Assembly: GCA_964016885.1 (NCBI GenBank) | Contig: OZ024743.1 | Location: 205,034,001 to 205,098,000, forward strand | Length of the DNA: 64,000 nt | Direction: 5' to 3' | Source: Eledone cirrhosa | Taxonomy: Eukaryota | In this document: positions 1 through 11,852 of the stretch, piece by piece | Position numbering within the stretch: position 1 is the first letter of the stretch | How the letters are laid out: every line of letters starts with the position of its first letter | Notes under the pieces: generated by a model | What the model was told of the DNA's origin: nothing | The model's input: the letters and a program-made list of their open reading frames with translations, nothing else | Databases searched by the model: none | Translations under genes and position numbers: made by a program

Positions 1-342
1 GAAAACCATTAAAAATGTCATTAAAAACTACACTGAAAACCCATTAAACCCCCATTAAAAGCGCACCCAAAACTTTATAAAAAACCAAATAAAAACCCCA
101 TTAAAATACCATTAAAACGGCATAAAACACCATTAAAACTACATTAAAACTCAATTAAAAATTCCATTTAAATCTCCATTATAAACTCAATTAAAACTCC
201 ATTAAAACTCAATTAAAAACTCCATTAAAAACACACACACATGAAGTTACATGCTGGCTTGCACACTTATAGCGATTGCTATTTCCTTTTAATTTCATTA
301 AAACTAGGATGTTTTAGAAAGATAAAAACAAAACTGAATAAT

Positions 343-473
343 GAAGAGACTAGGGAGGGGTAAAGAAAGGCAGATCAGGCTGTAGAGGACAGTAGGGGGA
401 GAAGAGGGAAGAGACTTGGGAGGGGTAAAGAAAGGCAGATCTGGCTGTAGAGGACAGTAGGGGGAGAAGAGGG
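343..473 (+). repeat. 65-bp purine-rich direct dimer within macrosatellite unit
   Basis: gaagagact(a/t)gggaggggtaaagaaaggcagatc(a/t)ggctgtagaggacagtagggggagaagagg starts at 343 and 408; present in every unit except the deleted unit 3. Confidence 0.93.
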
Positions 474-534
474 AGAAATAAACTAAATTATAAACTAAGT
501 TATAAACTAAATTATAAACTAAATTAAAAACTCA

Positions 535-862
535 ATAAAATAAAATAAAATAAAATAAAATAAAATAAAATAAAATAAAATAAAATAAAATAAAATAAAA
601 TAAAATAAAATAAAATAAAATAAAAAATAAAATAAAATAAAATAAAATAAAATAAAATAAAATAAAATAAAATAAAATAAAATAAAATAAAAAAAATAAA
701 ATAAAATAAAATAAAATAAAAAAAAATAAAAAATATAAATAAAATAAAATAAAATAAATAAAATAAAATAAAATAAAATAAAATAAAATAAATAAAAATA
801 AAATAAAATAAAAAAAAATAAAAAAAAATTAAATATAAAAAATAAATAAAATAAAATAAAAT
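535..862 (+). repeat. (AAAAT)n pentanucleotide microsatellite (one per unit except unit 3)
   Basis: Direct reading; source of the spurious FILFY ORFs. Confidence 0.97.
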
Positions 863-1329
863 AAGAACTCAATTAAAAACTCAGTAAAAACTCAATTAAA
901 AACTCAATTAAAAACTCAATCGAAGCACCATTAAAACACCATTAAAAACTCCACTATAAACCCACTAAACCCATTAAAAACCAATTAAAAATTCAATTAC
1001 ACATCCCATTAGAAATTTCATTAAAAACTCAATTAAAAGTTCCATTGAAAACACATTCAAAACCCATTAACCCCATATTAAAAGTTCATAAAACTCTATT
1101 AAAAACCCAATAACAAACCAATTAAAACGCCATTAAAACGCCACAAAACACAATAAAATGTCATAAAAACGCCATTAAAACATCACAAAAAGCCCAACTA
1201 AAAAACCATTAATAATGTCATTAAAAATTCCATAAAAATCCATTAAAAACTCCACTAAAAGCCCATTAAAAAGTTCATTAAAAGCCATATTATAAATTTC
1301 ATAAAAAACAATTGAAAACCCCATTATTT

Positions 1330-4300
1330 ATGAGCCTTTTTTTATGAGTTTTTAATAGTGTTTTAATTCAGTTTTTAATTGCGTTTAAAATTGGGTTTTA
1401 ATGGCTTTTTAATGGTGTTTTAATGGGATTTTCGATGGTGTTTAATGGGTTTTTTATGGAGTTTTTAATTGGGTTTTCAATGGTGTTGTTTATGAGTTTT
1501 TAAATGGGTTTTTAATGGAATTTTTGATTGCGTTTTTAATGAAATTTTTAATAGATTCAAGGATGTTTTAATGGAGTTTTTAATGGCGTTTTAATTGTGT
1601 TTTTATGGTGTTTAAATGCGTTTTAATGATTTTTAATTGGGTTTTTAATGGAGTATTTTTAATGAGCTCTTAATGGATTTTTCAATTGGATACTTAATGG
1701 GTTTTAATGGAATTTATAATAAGGGTTCTAATTGACTTTAAATATGATTTTTAATGGAGTTTTTAATGAAATTTCTAATGGTGTTTTTAATTGCGTTTCC
1801 CCCCGTGAGGGTTTTAATGGCATTTTAAATGACATTTTAATGAGTTTTTATGATGTTTTAATGGCGTTGTAATTGTTTTTTATTGGGTTTTTAATATAAT
1901 TTTGTATGAGCTTTTAATGGGGGTTTTCAATGTTGTTTTTAATGGAGTGTTTAATGGAATTTTAATGGGGGTTTGATAAAAAAAATTAATTGCTTTTTAA
2001 TTTAATTTTTAATGCGTTTTTGATGGTATTTAAGTGCGTTCATGATGATCTTTTTAATGGATTTTTAATGGGGTTTTAATTGAATTTTAATGGTGTTTTC
2101 AATGTAATTTTTAATGATAGTTTAATGGTGTTTTAATGACGTTTTAATTGTGTTTTTTATGGTGTTTTAGTGACGTTTAAATAGGATTTTTAATTGGTTT
2201 TTTAATTGAGTATTTATATGAGTTTTCACTGGTGTTTTTAATGGGTTTTTCAATATTGCATTTAATGAAATTTTTAATATGGTTTCAAATGGAATTTTTA
2301 ATGTGTTTTTAATTGGGTTTCTAGTGACGTTTTTAATGGTACTTTAAATGACGTTTTAATGACTTTTATGGCGTTTTAATGGGTTTTTTAATTGGGTTTT
2401 TAATGTAGTTTTTTAAAAGATCTTTACTTCGGATTTTATGGGTTTTCAATGCGGTTTTTAATGGTATATTAATGGAGTTTTTGGTGTGGTTGTTAATGGT
2501 ATTAGTGACATTTTAATGTGTTTTTAATGGTGTTTTAAGCGAGTTTCTGATTTAGTTTAAATTTAAATATTTGATGGTCCTTCTAATGGGCTTTAATGGA
2601 TGTGTAATGTGTTTAATGCAATTTTAATGGGGTTTAATGGGGGTAGTAGGTTTCAATGGGTTTTAATGGAGTTTTAATGGCTAGTGCTCTTTTTTTTTTA
2701 GAGTTTTTAATGGTGTTTTTAATGGTTTTTCATTGAGCTTTTAATTGCGTTTTTAATTGCGTTTTTAATCTAGTTTAAAAATTGAGTTTTAATGGGTTTT
2801 TCAATTAGGTTTTTAATGGATTTATAATGGTGTTTTTTACGGACCCTTTAATCTTTTATAATGGGTTTTCAATGCCGTTTTAATGGTGTTTTTTAATGGT
2901 ATCCTTAATGACGCTTCGATAAGTTTCAATGTTATTTTAATGGGGTTTTGATTGATTTTTTAATGGAGTTTTTTTAATGAACTTTTATTGGGGTTTTCAA
3001 TCAGGTTTTTAACTGAATTTTTAATGTTTTTCAATTAGATTTTTTATGGAGTTTTTATGGGCTTTTTAATGAGTTTTTAATGGTGTGCTAATTGAGTTTT
3101 CAATTACCTTTTTAATTGAGTATAAAATCGAGTTTTTACTAAGTTTTTAATGAATTTTTAATGGAATTTTAATGGGGTTTCCAATGGACTTTTAATTGTG
3201 TTTTAATGGGGTTTTAAAATTTGTTTTTAGTTGCATTTTTCAGGGGCTTTTAATGGGGCTTAATGGGGGTTTAATGGGGGATTTAATTGAGTTTTTAATG
3301 GAGTTTAATAGAGTTTATAATGGAGGTTTTAATGGAGTTTTTAATGAAGTTTTAATGTAGTTTTTAATGAGGTTTTTAATGACGATTTTAATGGCGTTCT
3401 TAATGGCGTTTTAATGGTATTTTATGGCATTTTAATGACGGTTGTAATGGTTTTTAATGGAGTGTTAATTGGTTATTAATTGTATTTTAATGGGTTTTAT
3501 GAGCTTTTTAATGGACTTTTTAGTGGTGTTTTTAATGGAGTTTTTAATGGGTCTTTTAATGGAATTTGCAATGTAGTTTTTAATGGTGTTTTCAATTGTA
3601 TTTTTAATGACGTTTTAATGGTGTTTTTTATGGCGTTTTAATAGGATTTTTAATTGTTTTTTTTAAGGACTATTATTATGGGTTTTTTATGTAATTTTAT
3701 AATGGGATTTTCAGTAGGGTTTTTAATTGGATTTTTAATGGAGTTTATAATATGGTTTTTAATTGGATTTTTAAAGAATTTATAATTGCGGTTTTAATAT
3801 AGTGTTTAATGGAGTATTTAATTGGTTTTTAATGGTAATTTTAATGGAGTGTTTAATGTGTTTTTAATGGGGGAGGAGGGGGTAAAATGCAGTTTTTAAT
3901 TGAGTTATCAATGGAGTTTTTAATGACATTTTTAATGACGTTTTAATAGCGTTTTATGACGTTTTAATGACGTTTTAATGGTTTTTTTATTGGGTTTTGG
4001 GAGTTTTTATGAGCTTCTAATTAGGTTTTAAATGGGGTTTTCAATGAGGTTTTTAGTGGAATTTTTAATGGGCCTTTAATGTATTTTTAATGGGATTTTA
4101 ATGTTTTTTATGGCGTTTTTAATGGTATTTTAAATGCTGTTTTAATGTTTCTTTTATGGCCTTTTAATTGGGTTTTTGATTGAGTTTTTAATGGATTTTT
4201 TTAACGAGAATTATGAAGTTTAATGGGTTTCCAGTGTGTTTTAAATGAAGTTTTTGATAATATTTTTAATGGAATTTTAATGGCGGTTATGGGATTTTAA

Positions 4301-4574
4301 TGGGTTCTGATGGTATTTTTGTGGGTTTTAATGGGGTGTTAAATGGTTTTAATGTTGTTTTACTTGCGCTTTCGATTACGTTTACAATTAAGTTTTTACT
4401 GTTTTTAATTGGATTTTTAATGGATTTTAATGTGGTTTTTAATGGAATTTTAATGGTGTTTTAATATAGTTTTTAATGGGTTTCGGATGTAGCTTTTAAT
4501 GGTGGTTTAGTGTGCTTTTTATTGGGTTTTTAATGAGTTTTTATGAGCTTTTCAATGGAGTTTTTAATGGTGTT
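1330..4574 (+). repeat. Degenerate TTTT(T)AATGG minisatellite arm (T/G-rich orientation), unit 1
   Basis: Hundreds of ~9-11 bp variants (ttttaatgg, ttttaattg, ttttatgg, ttttaatga). Confidence 0.93.
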
Positions 4575-4777
4575 TATATATATATATATACATACATACA
4601 TATATATGTATATATATGTATTTACACATATATATGTGTATATATATATGTGTATATATATATTTACACATATATATGTGTATATATATATTTACACATA
4701 TATATGTGTATTAAATATATATATATATATAAATATATATACATATATTAAATATATATATATATATATATATATAT

Positions 4778-4814
<37 letters not shown>

Positions 4815-4916
4815 TATATATATATATATATATATTAAATATATATATATATATATATATATTAAATATATATATATATATATATATATTAAATATATAT
4901 ATATATATATATATAT

Positions 4917-4961
<45 letters not shown>

Positions 4962-5187
4962 TATATATATATATATATATATATATTCCACTTTCATGTT
5001 ACACACTATATAAAAACTGGGATTTATATTTTGCGTTAGTGCCATATTAAGCTGACAACGATATATTCGTATCTTAAAAAATATTTTTTTTAGATCACAT
5101 TGTTCTAGATATTATTAAAATTATGAAATCTATTTTCAATTTGCACGAACACTTGCATATACTACATACATACATTTATATAGACAC

Positions 5188-5577
5188 TAACACAAATATT
5201 AGCATATACATAATTTCTTAGTCATTGAGGATGTGTTTTTATACATACATATGCATATTGCATACATACATACATACACACATACAAGCATATACATAGA
5301 CATACACACACACATATATACACACACTGTATATATATATATACATACACACACACACACATATATATATACACACACACACTATATATATATAGTGTGT
5401 GGTGTATATATATATATGTGTGTGTGTGTATGTATATATATACAGTGTGTATATATATGTGTGTGTATGTGTATGTATATGCTTGTATGTGTGTATGTAT
5501 GGATGCAATATGCATATGTATGTATAAAAAACACATCCTCAATTACTAAGAAAATATGTATATGCTAATATTTGTGT

Positions 5578-5579
<2 letters not shown>
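5188..5579. repeat. ~390-bp near-perfect palindrome (copies at 11322-11713, 16226-16621, 22639-23034, 28792-29181)
   Basis: Left end taacacaaatattagcatatacataatttcttagtcattgaggatgtgttttt is the reverse complement (2 mismatches) of right end aaaaacacatcctcaattactaagaaaatatgtatatgctaatatttgtgtta; symmetry continues to the centre cactatatatatatagtg. Confidence 0.93.
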
Positions 5580-5609
<30 letters not shown>

Positions 5610-5674
5610 CGCACACACTATATATATATATATATATATACATACACACTATATATATATATATACACACACAC

Positions 5675-5745
<71 letters not shown>

Positions 5746-5747
5746 AA

Positions 5748-7485
5748 TCCCATTAAAAACCACATTAAAAATTCAATTAAAAATCTATTTTGAAAAACCC
5801 ATTAAAAAAACCCCATTATAAGCTCATAAAACACTCCATTAAAACCCCAACCAAACCCCCCATTAAAACACAATTAAAACATCATTAAGAATGCCAATAA
5901 AAGCGCCATTAAAAACCACATTGGAAACCCATAAAAACCCAATTAAAACAAAATTAAAGTTTCCATTAAAAGTCCCCATTAAAACTCCATTAAAACCCCC
6001 ATTAACCCCCCCTCGAAAAGACATTAAAACCTCAAATTTAAACCGAAATAAAAACTCAATTAAAACGCAATTAAAAACTCAATTAAAACACCATTAAAAA
6101 CACAATTAAAAGCCCATTAAACCAATTAAAATTGCATTAACACACCACTAAGGTTCCATTGGAAAACCATTAAAAATGTCATTAAAAACTACACTGAAAA
6201 CCCATTAAACCCCCATTAAAAGCGCACCCAAAACTTTATAAAAAACCAAATAAAAACCCCATTAAAATACCATTAAAACGGCATAAAACACCATTAAAAC
6301 TACATTAAAACTCAATTAAAAATTCCATTTAAATCTCCATTATAAACTCAATTAAAACTCCATTAAAACTCAATTAAAAACTCCATTAAAAACACACACA
6401 CATGAAGTTACATGCTGGCTTGCACACTTATAGCGATTGCTATTTCCTTTTAATTTCATTAAAACTAGGATGTTTTAGAAAGATAAAAACAAAACTGAAT
6501 AATGAAGAGACTAGGGAGGGGTAAAGAAAGGCAGATCAGGCTGTAGAGGACAGTAGGGGGAGAAGAGGGAAGAGACTTGGGAGGGGTAAAGAAAGGCAGA
6601 TCTGGCTGTAGAGGACAGTAGGGGGAGAAGAGGGAGAAATAAACTAAATTATAAACTAAGTTATAAACTAAATTATAAACTAAATTAAAAACTCAATAAA
6701 ATAAAATAAAATAAAATAAAATAAAATAAAATAAAATAAAATAAAATAAAATAAAATAAAATAAAATAAAATAAAATAAAAAATAAAATAAAATAAAATA
6801 AAATAAAATAAAATAAAATAAAATAAAATAAAATAAAATAAAATAAAAAAAATAAAATAAAATAAAATAAAATAAAAAAAAATAAAAAATATAAATAAAA
6901 TAAAATAAAATAAATAAAATAAAATAAAATAAAATAAAATAAAATAAATAAAAATAAAATAAAATAAAAAAAAATAAAAAAAAATTAAATATAAAAAATA
7001 AATAAAATAAAATAAAATAAGAACTCAATTAAAAACTCAGTAAAAACTCAATTAAAAACTCAATTAAAAACTCAATCGAAGCACCATTAAAACACCATTA
7101 AAAACTCCACTATAAACCCACTAAACCCATTAAAAACCAATTAAAAATTCAATTACACATCCCATTAGAAATTTCATTAAAAACTCAATTAAAAGTTCCA
7201 TTGAAAACACATTCAAAACCCATTAACCCCATATTAAAAGTTCATAAAACTCTATTAAAAACCCAATAACAAACCAATTAAAACGCCATTAAAACGCCAC
7301 AAAACACAATAAAATGTCATAAAAACGCCATTAAAACATCACAAAAAGCCCAACTAAAAAACCATTAATAATGTCATTAAAAATTCCATAAAAATCCATT
7401 AAAAACTCCACTAAAAGCCCATTAAAAAGTTCATTAAAAGCCATATTATAAATTTCATAAAAAACAATTGAAAACCCCATTATTT
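5748..7485 (-). repeat. Same minisatellite in inverted orientation (CCATTAAAA arm), interrupted by the purine/AAAAT island
   Basis: ccattaaaa/caattaaaa/cataaaa are reverse complements of the motif; polarity flips back at ccattatttatgagcc (~7480; ~1325 in unit 1). Confidence 0.9.
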
Positions 7486-10400
7486 ATGAGCCTTTTTTTA
7501 TGAGTTTTTAATAGTGTTTTAATTCAGTTTTTAATTGCGTTTAAAATTGGGTTTTAATGGCTTTTTAATGGTGTTTTAATGGGATTTTCGATGGTGTTTA
7601 ATGGGTTTTTTATGGAGTTTTTAATTGGGTTTTCAATGGTGTTGTTTATGAGTTTTTAAATGGGTTTTTAATGGAATTTTTGATTGCGTTTTTAATGAAA
7701 TTTTTAATAGATTCAAGGATGTTTTAATGGAGTTTTTAATGGCGTTTTAATTGTGTTTTTATGGTGTTTAAATGCGTTTTAATGATTTTTAATTGGGTTT
7801 TTAATGGAGTATTTTTAATGAGCTCTTAATGGATTTTTCAATTGGATACTTAATGGGTTTTAATGGAATTTATAATAAGGGTTCTAATTGACTTTAAATA
7901 TGATTTTTAATGGAGTTTTTAATGAAATTTCTAATGGTGTTTTTAATTGCGTTTCCCCCCGTGAGGGTTTTAATGGCATTTTAAATGACATTTTAATGAG
8001 TTTTTATGATGTTTTAATGGCGTTGTAATTGTTTTTTATTGGGTTTTTAATATAATTTTGTATGAGCTTTTAATGGGGGTTTTCAATGTTGTTTTTAATG
8101 GAGTGTTTAATGGAATTTTAATGGGGGTTTGATAAAAAAAATTAATTGCTTTTTAATTTAATTTTTAATGCGTTTTTGATGGTATTTAAGTGCGTTCATG
8201 ATGATCTTTTTAATGGATTTTTAATGGGGTTTTAATTGAATTTTAATGGTGTTTTCAATGTAATTTTTAATGATAGTTTAATGGTGTTTTAATGACGTTT
8301 TAATTGTGTTTTTTATGGTGTTTTAGTGACGTTTAAATAGGATTTTTAATTGGTTTTTTAATTGAGTATTTATATGAGTTTTCACTGGTGTTTTTAATGG
8401 GTTTTTCAATATTGCATTTAATGAAATTTTTAATATGGTTTCAAATGGAATTTTTAATGTGTTTTTAATTGGGTTTCTAGTGACGTTTTTAATGGTACTT
8501 TAAATGACGTTTTAATGACTTTTATGGCGTTTTAATGGGTTTTTTAATTGGGTTTTTAATGTAGTTTTTTAAAAGATCTTTACTTCGGATTTTATGGGTT
8601 TTCAATGCGGTTTTTAATGGTATATTAATGGAGTTTTTGGTGTGGTTGTTAATGGTATTAGTGACATTTTAATGTGTTTTTAATGGTGTTTTAAGCGAGT
8701 TTCTGATTTAGTTTAAATTTAAATATTTGATGGTCCTTCTAATGGGCTTTAATGGATGTGTAATGTGTTTAATGCAATTTTAATGGGGTTTAATGGGGGT
8801 AGTAGGTTTCAATGGGTTTTAATGGAGTTTTAATGGCTAGCGCTCTTTTTTTAAGAGTTTTTAATGGTGTTTTTAATGGTTTTTCATTGAGCTTTTAATT
8901 GCGTTTTTAATTGCGTTTTTAATCTAGTTTAAAAATTGAGTTTTAATGGGTTTTTCAATTAGGTTTTTAATGGATTTATAATGGTGTTTTTTACGGACCC
9001 TTTAATTTTTTATAATGGGTTTTCAATGCCGTTTTAATGGTGTTTTTAATGGTATCCTTAATGACGCTTCGATAAGTTTCAATGTTATTTTAATGGGGTT
9101 TGGATTGATTTTTTAATGGAGTTTTTTTAATGAACTTTTATTGGGGTTTTCAATCAGGTTTTTAACTGAATTTTTAATGTTTTTCAATTAGATTTTTTAT
9201 GGAGTTTTTATGGGCTTTTTAATGAGTTTTTAATGGTGTGCTAATTGAGTTTTCAATTACCTTTTTAATTGAGTATAAAATCGAGTTTTTACTAAGTTTT
9301 TAATGAATTTTTAATGGAATTTTAATGGGGTTTCCAATGGACTTTTAATTGTTTTAATGGGGTTTTAAAATTTGTTTTTAGTTGCATTTTTCAGGGGCTT
9401 TTAATGGGGCTTAATGGGGGTTTAATGGGGGATTTAATTGAGTTTTTAATGGAGTTTAATAGAGTTTATAATGGAGGTTTTAATGGAGTTTTTAATGAAG
9501 TTTTAATGTAGTTTTTAATGAGGTTTTTAATGACGATTTTAATGGCGTTCTTAATGGCGTTTTAATGGTATTTTATGGCATTTTAATGACGGTTGTAATG
9601 GTTTTTAATGGAGTGTTAATTGGTTATTAATTGTATTTTAATGGGTTTTATGAGCTTTTTAATGGGCTTTTTAGTGATGTTTTTAATGGAGTTTTTAATG
9701 GGTCTTTTAATGGAATTTGCAATGTATTTTTTAATGGTGTTTTCAATTGTATTTTTAATGACGTTTTAATGGTGTTTTTTATGGCGTTTTAATAGGATTT
9801 TTAATTGGTTTTTTAAAGGACTATTATTATGGGTTTTTTATGTAATTTTATAATGGGATTTTCAGTAGGGTTTTTAATTGGATTTTTAATGGAGTTTATA
9901 ATATGTTTTTTAATTGGATTTTTAAAGAATTTATAATTGCGGTTTTAATATAGTGTTTAATGGAGTATTTAATTGGTTTTTAATGGTAATTTTAATGGAG
10001 TGTTTAATGTGTTTTTAATGGGGGAGGAGGGGGTAAAATGCAGTTTTTAATTGAGTTATCAATGGAGTTTTTAATGACATTTTTAATGACGTTTTAATAG
10101 CGTTTTATGACGTTTTAATGACGTTTTAATGGTTTTTTTATTGGGTTTTGGGAGTTTTTATGAGCTTCTAATTAGGTTTTAAATGGGGTTTTCAATGAGG
10201 TTTTTAGTGGAATTTTTAATGGGCCTTTAATGTATTTTTAATGGGATTTTAATGTTTTTTATGGCGTTTTTAATGGTATTTTAAATGCTGTTTTAATGTT
10301 TCTTTTATGGCCTTTTAATTGGGTTTTTGATTGAGTTTTTAATGGATTTTTTTAACGAGAATTATGAAGTTTAATGGATTTCCAGTGTGTTTTAAATGAA

Positions 10401-10863
10401 GTTTTTGATAATATTTTTAATGGAATTTTAATGGCGGTTATGGGATTTGAATGGGTTCTGGTGGTATTTTTGTGGGTTTTAATGGGGTGTTAAATGGTTT
10501 TAGTGTTGTTTTACTTGCGCTTTCGATTACGTTTACAATTAAGTTTTTACTGTTTTTAATTGGATTTTTAATGGATTTTAATGTGGTTTTTAATGGAATT
10601 TTAATGGTGTTTTAATATAGTTTTTAATGGGTTTCGGATGTAGCTTTTAATGGTGGTTTAGTGTGCTTTTTATTGGGTTTTTAATGAGTTTTTATGAGCT
10701 TTTCAATGGAGTTTTTAATGGTGTTTATATATATATATATATACATACATATATATGTATATATATATATTTACACATATATATGTGTATATATATATGT
10801 GTATATATATATTTACACATATATATGTGTATATATATATTTACACATATATATGTGTATTAA

Positions 10864-10896
<33 letters not shown>

Positions 10897-10897
10897 T

Positions 10898-10932
<35 letters not shown>

Positions 10933-11084
10933 TATATATATATATATTAAATATATATATATATATATATATTAAATATATATATATATATATATATATT
11001 AAATATATATATATATATATATATATTAAATATATATATATATATATATATATATTAAATATATATATATATATATATATATAT

Positions 11085-11125
<41 letters not shown>

Positions 11126-11711
11126 CACTTTCATGTTACACACTATATATAAACTGGGATTTATATTTTGCGTTAGTGCCATATTAAGGTGACAACGATA
11201 TATTCGTATCTTAAAAAATATTTTTTTTAGATCACATTGTTCTAGATATTAAAATTATTAAATCTATTTTCAATTTGCACGAACACTTGCATATACTACA
11301 TACATACATTTATATAGACACTAACACAAATATTAGCATATACATAATTTCTTAGTCATTGAGGATGTGTTTTTATACATACATATGCATATTGCATACA
11401 TACATACACACATACAAGCATATACATAGACATACACACACACATATATACACACACTGTATATATATATATACATACACACACACACACATATATATAT
11501 ACACACACACACTATATATATATATAGTGTGTGGTGTATATATATATATGTGTGTGTGTGTATGTATATATATACAGTGTGTGTATATATATGTGTGTGT
11601 ATGTGTATGTATATGCTTGTATGTGTGTATGTATGGATGCAATTTGCATATGTATGTATAAAAAACACATCCTCAATTACTAAGGAAATATGTATATGCT
11701 AATATTTGTGT

Positions 11712-11743
<32 letters not shown>

Positions 11744-11802
11744 CGCACACACTATATATATATATATATATACACACTATGTATATATATATACACACAC
11801 AC

Positions 11803-11852
<50 letters not shown>

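Noticed and set aside
1330-4574. Telomeric repeat
   Set aside because: Not TTAGGG, highly degenerate, present in both orientations internally.
4987-5187. Hammerhead or exon in the macrosatellite unique core
   Set aside because: No CUGANGA/GAAA pair with stems on either strand and no credible reading frame.
5891-6097. 68-aa K/P/T-rich ORF in the macrosatellite
   Set aside because: Translation of CCATTAAAA repeats; frame broken by C-run length changes in other units.
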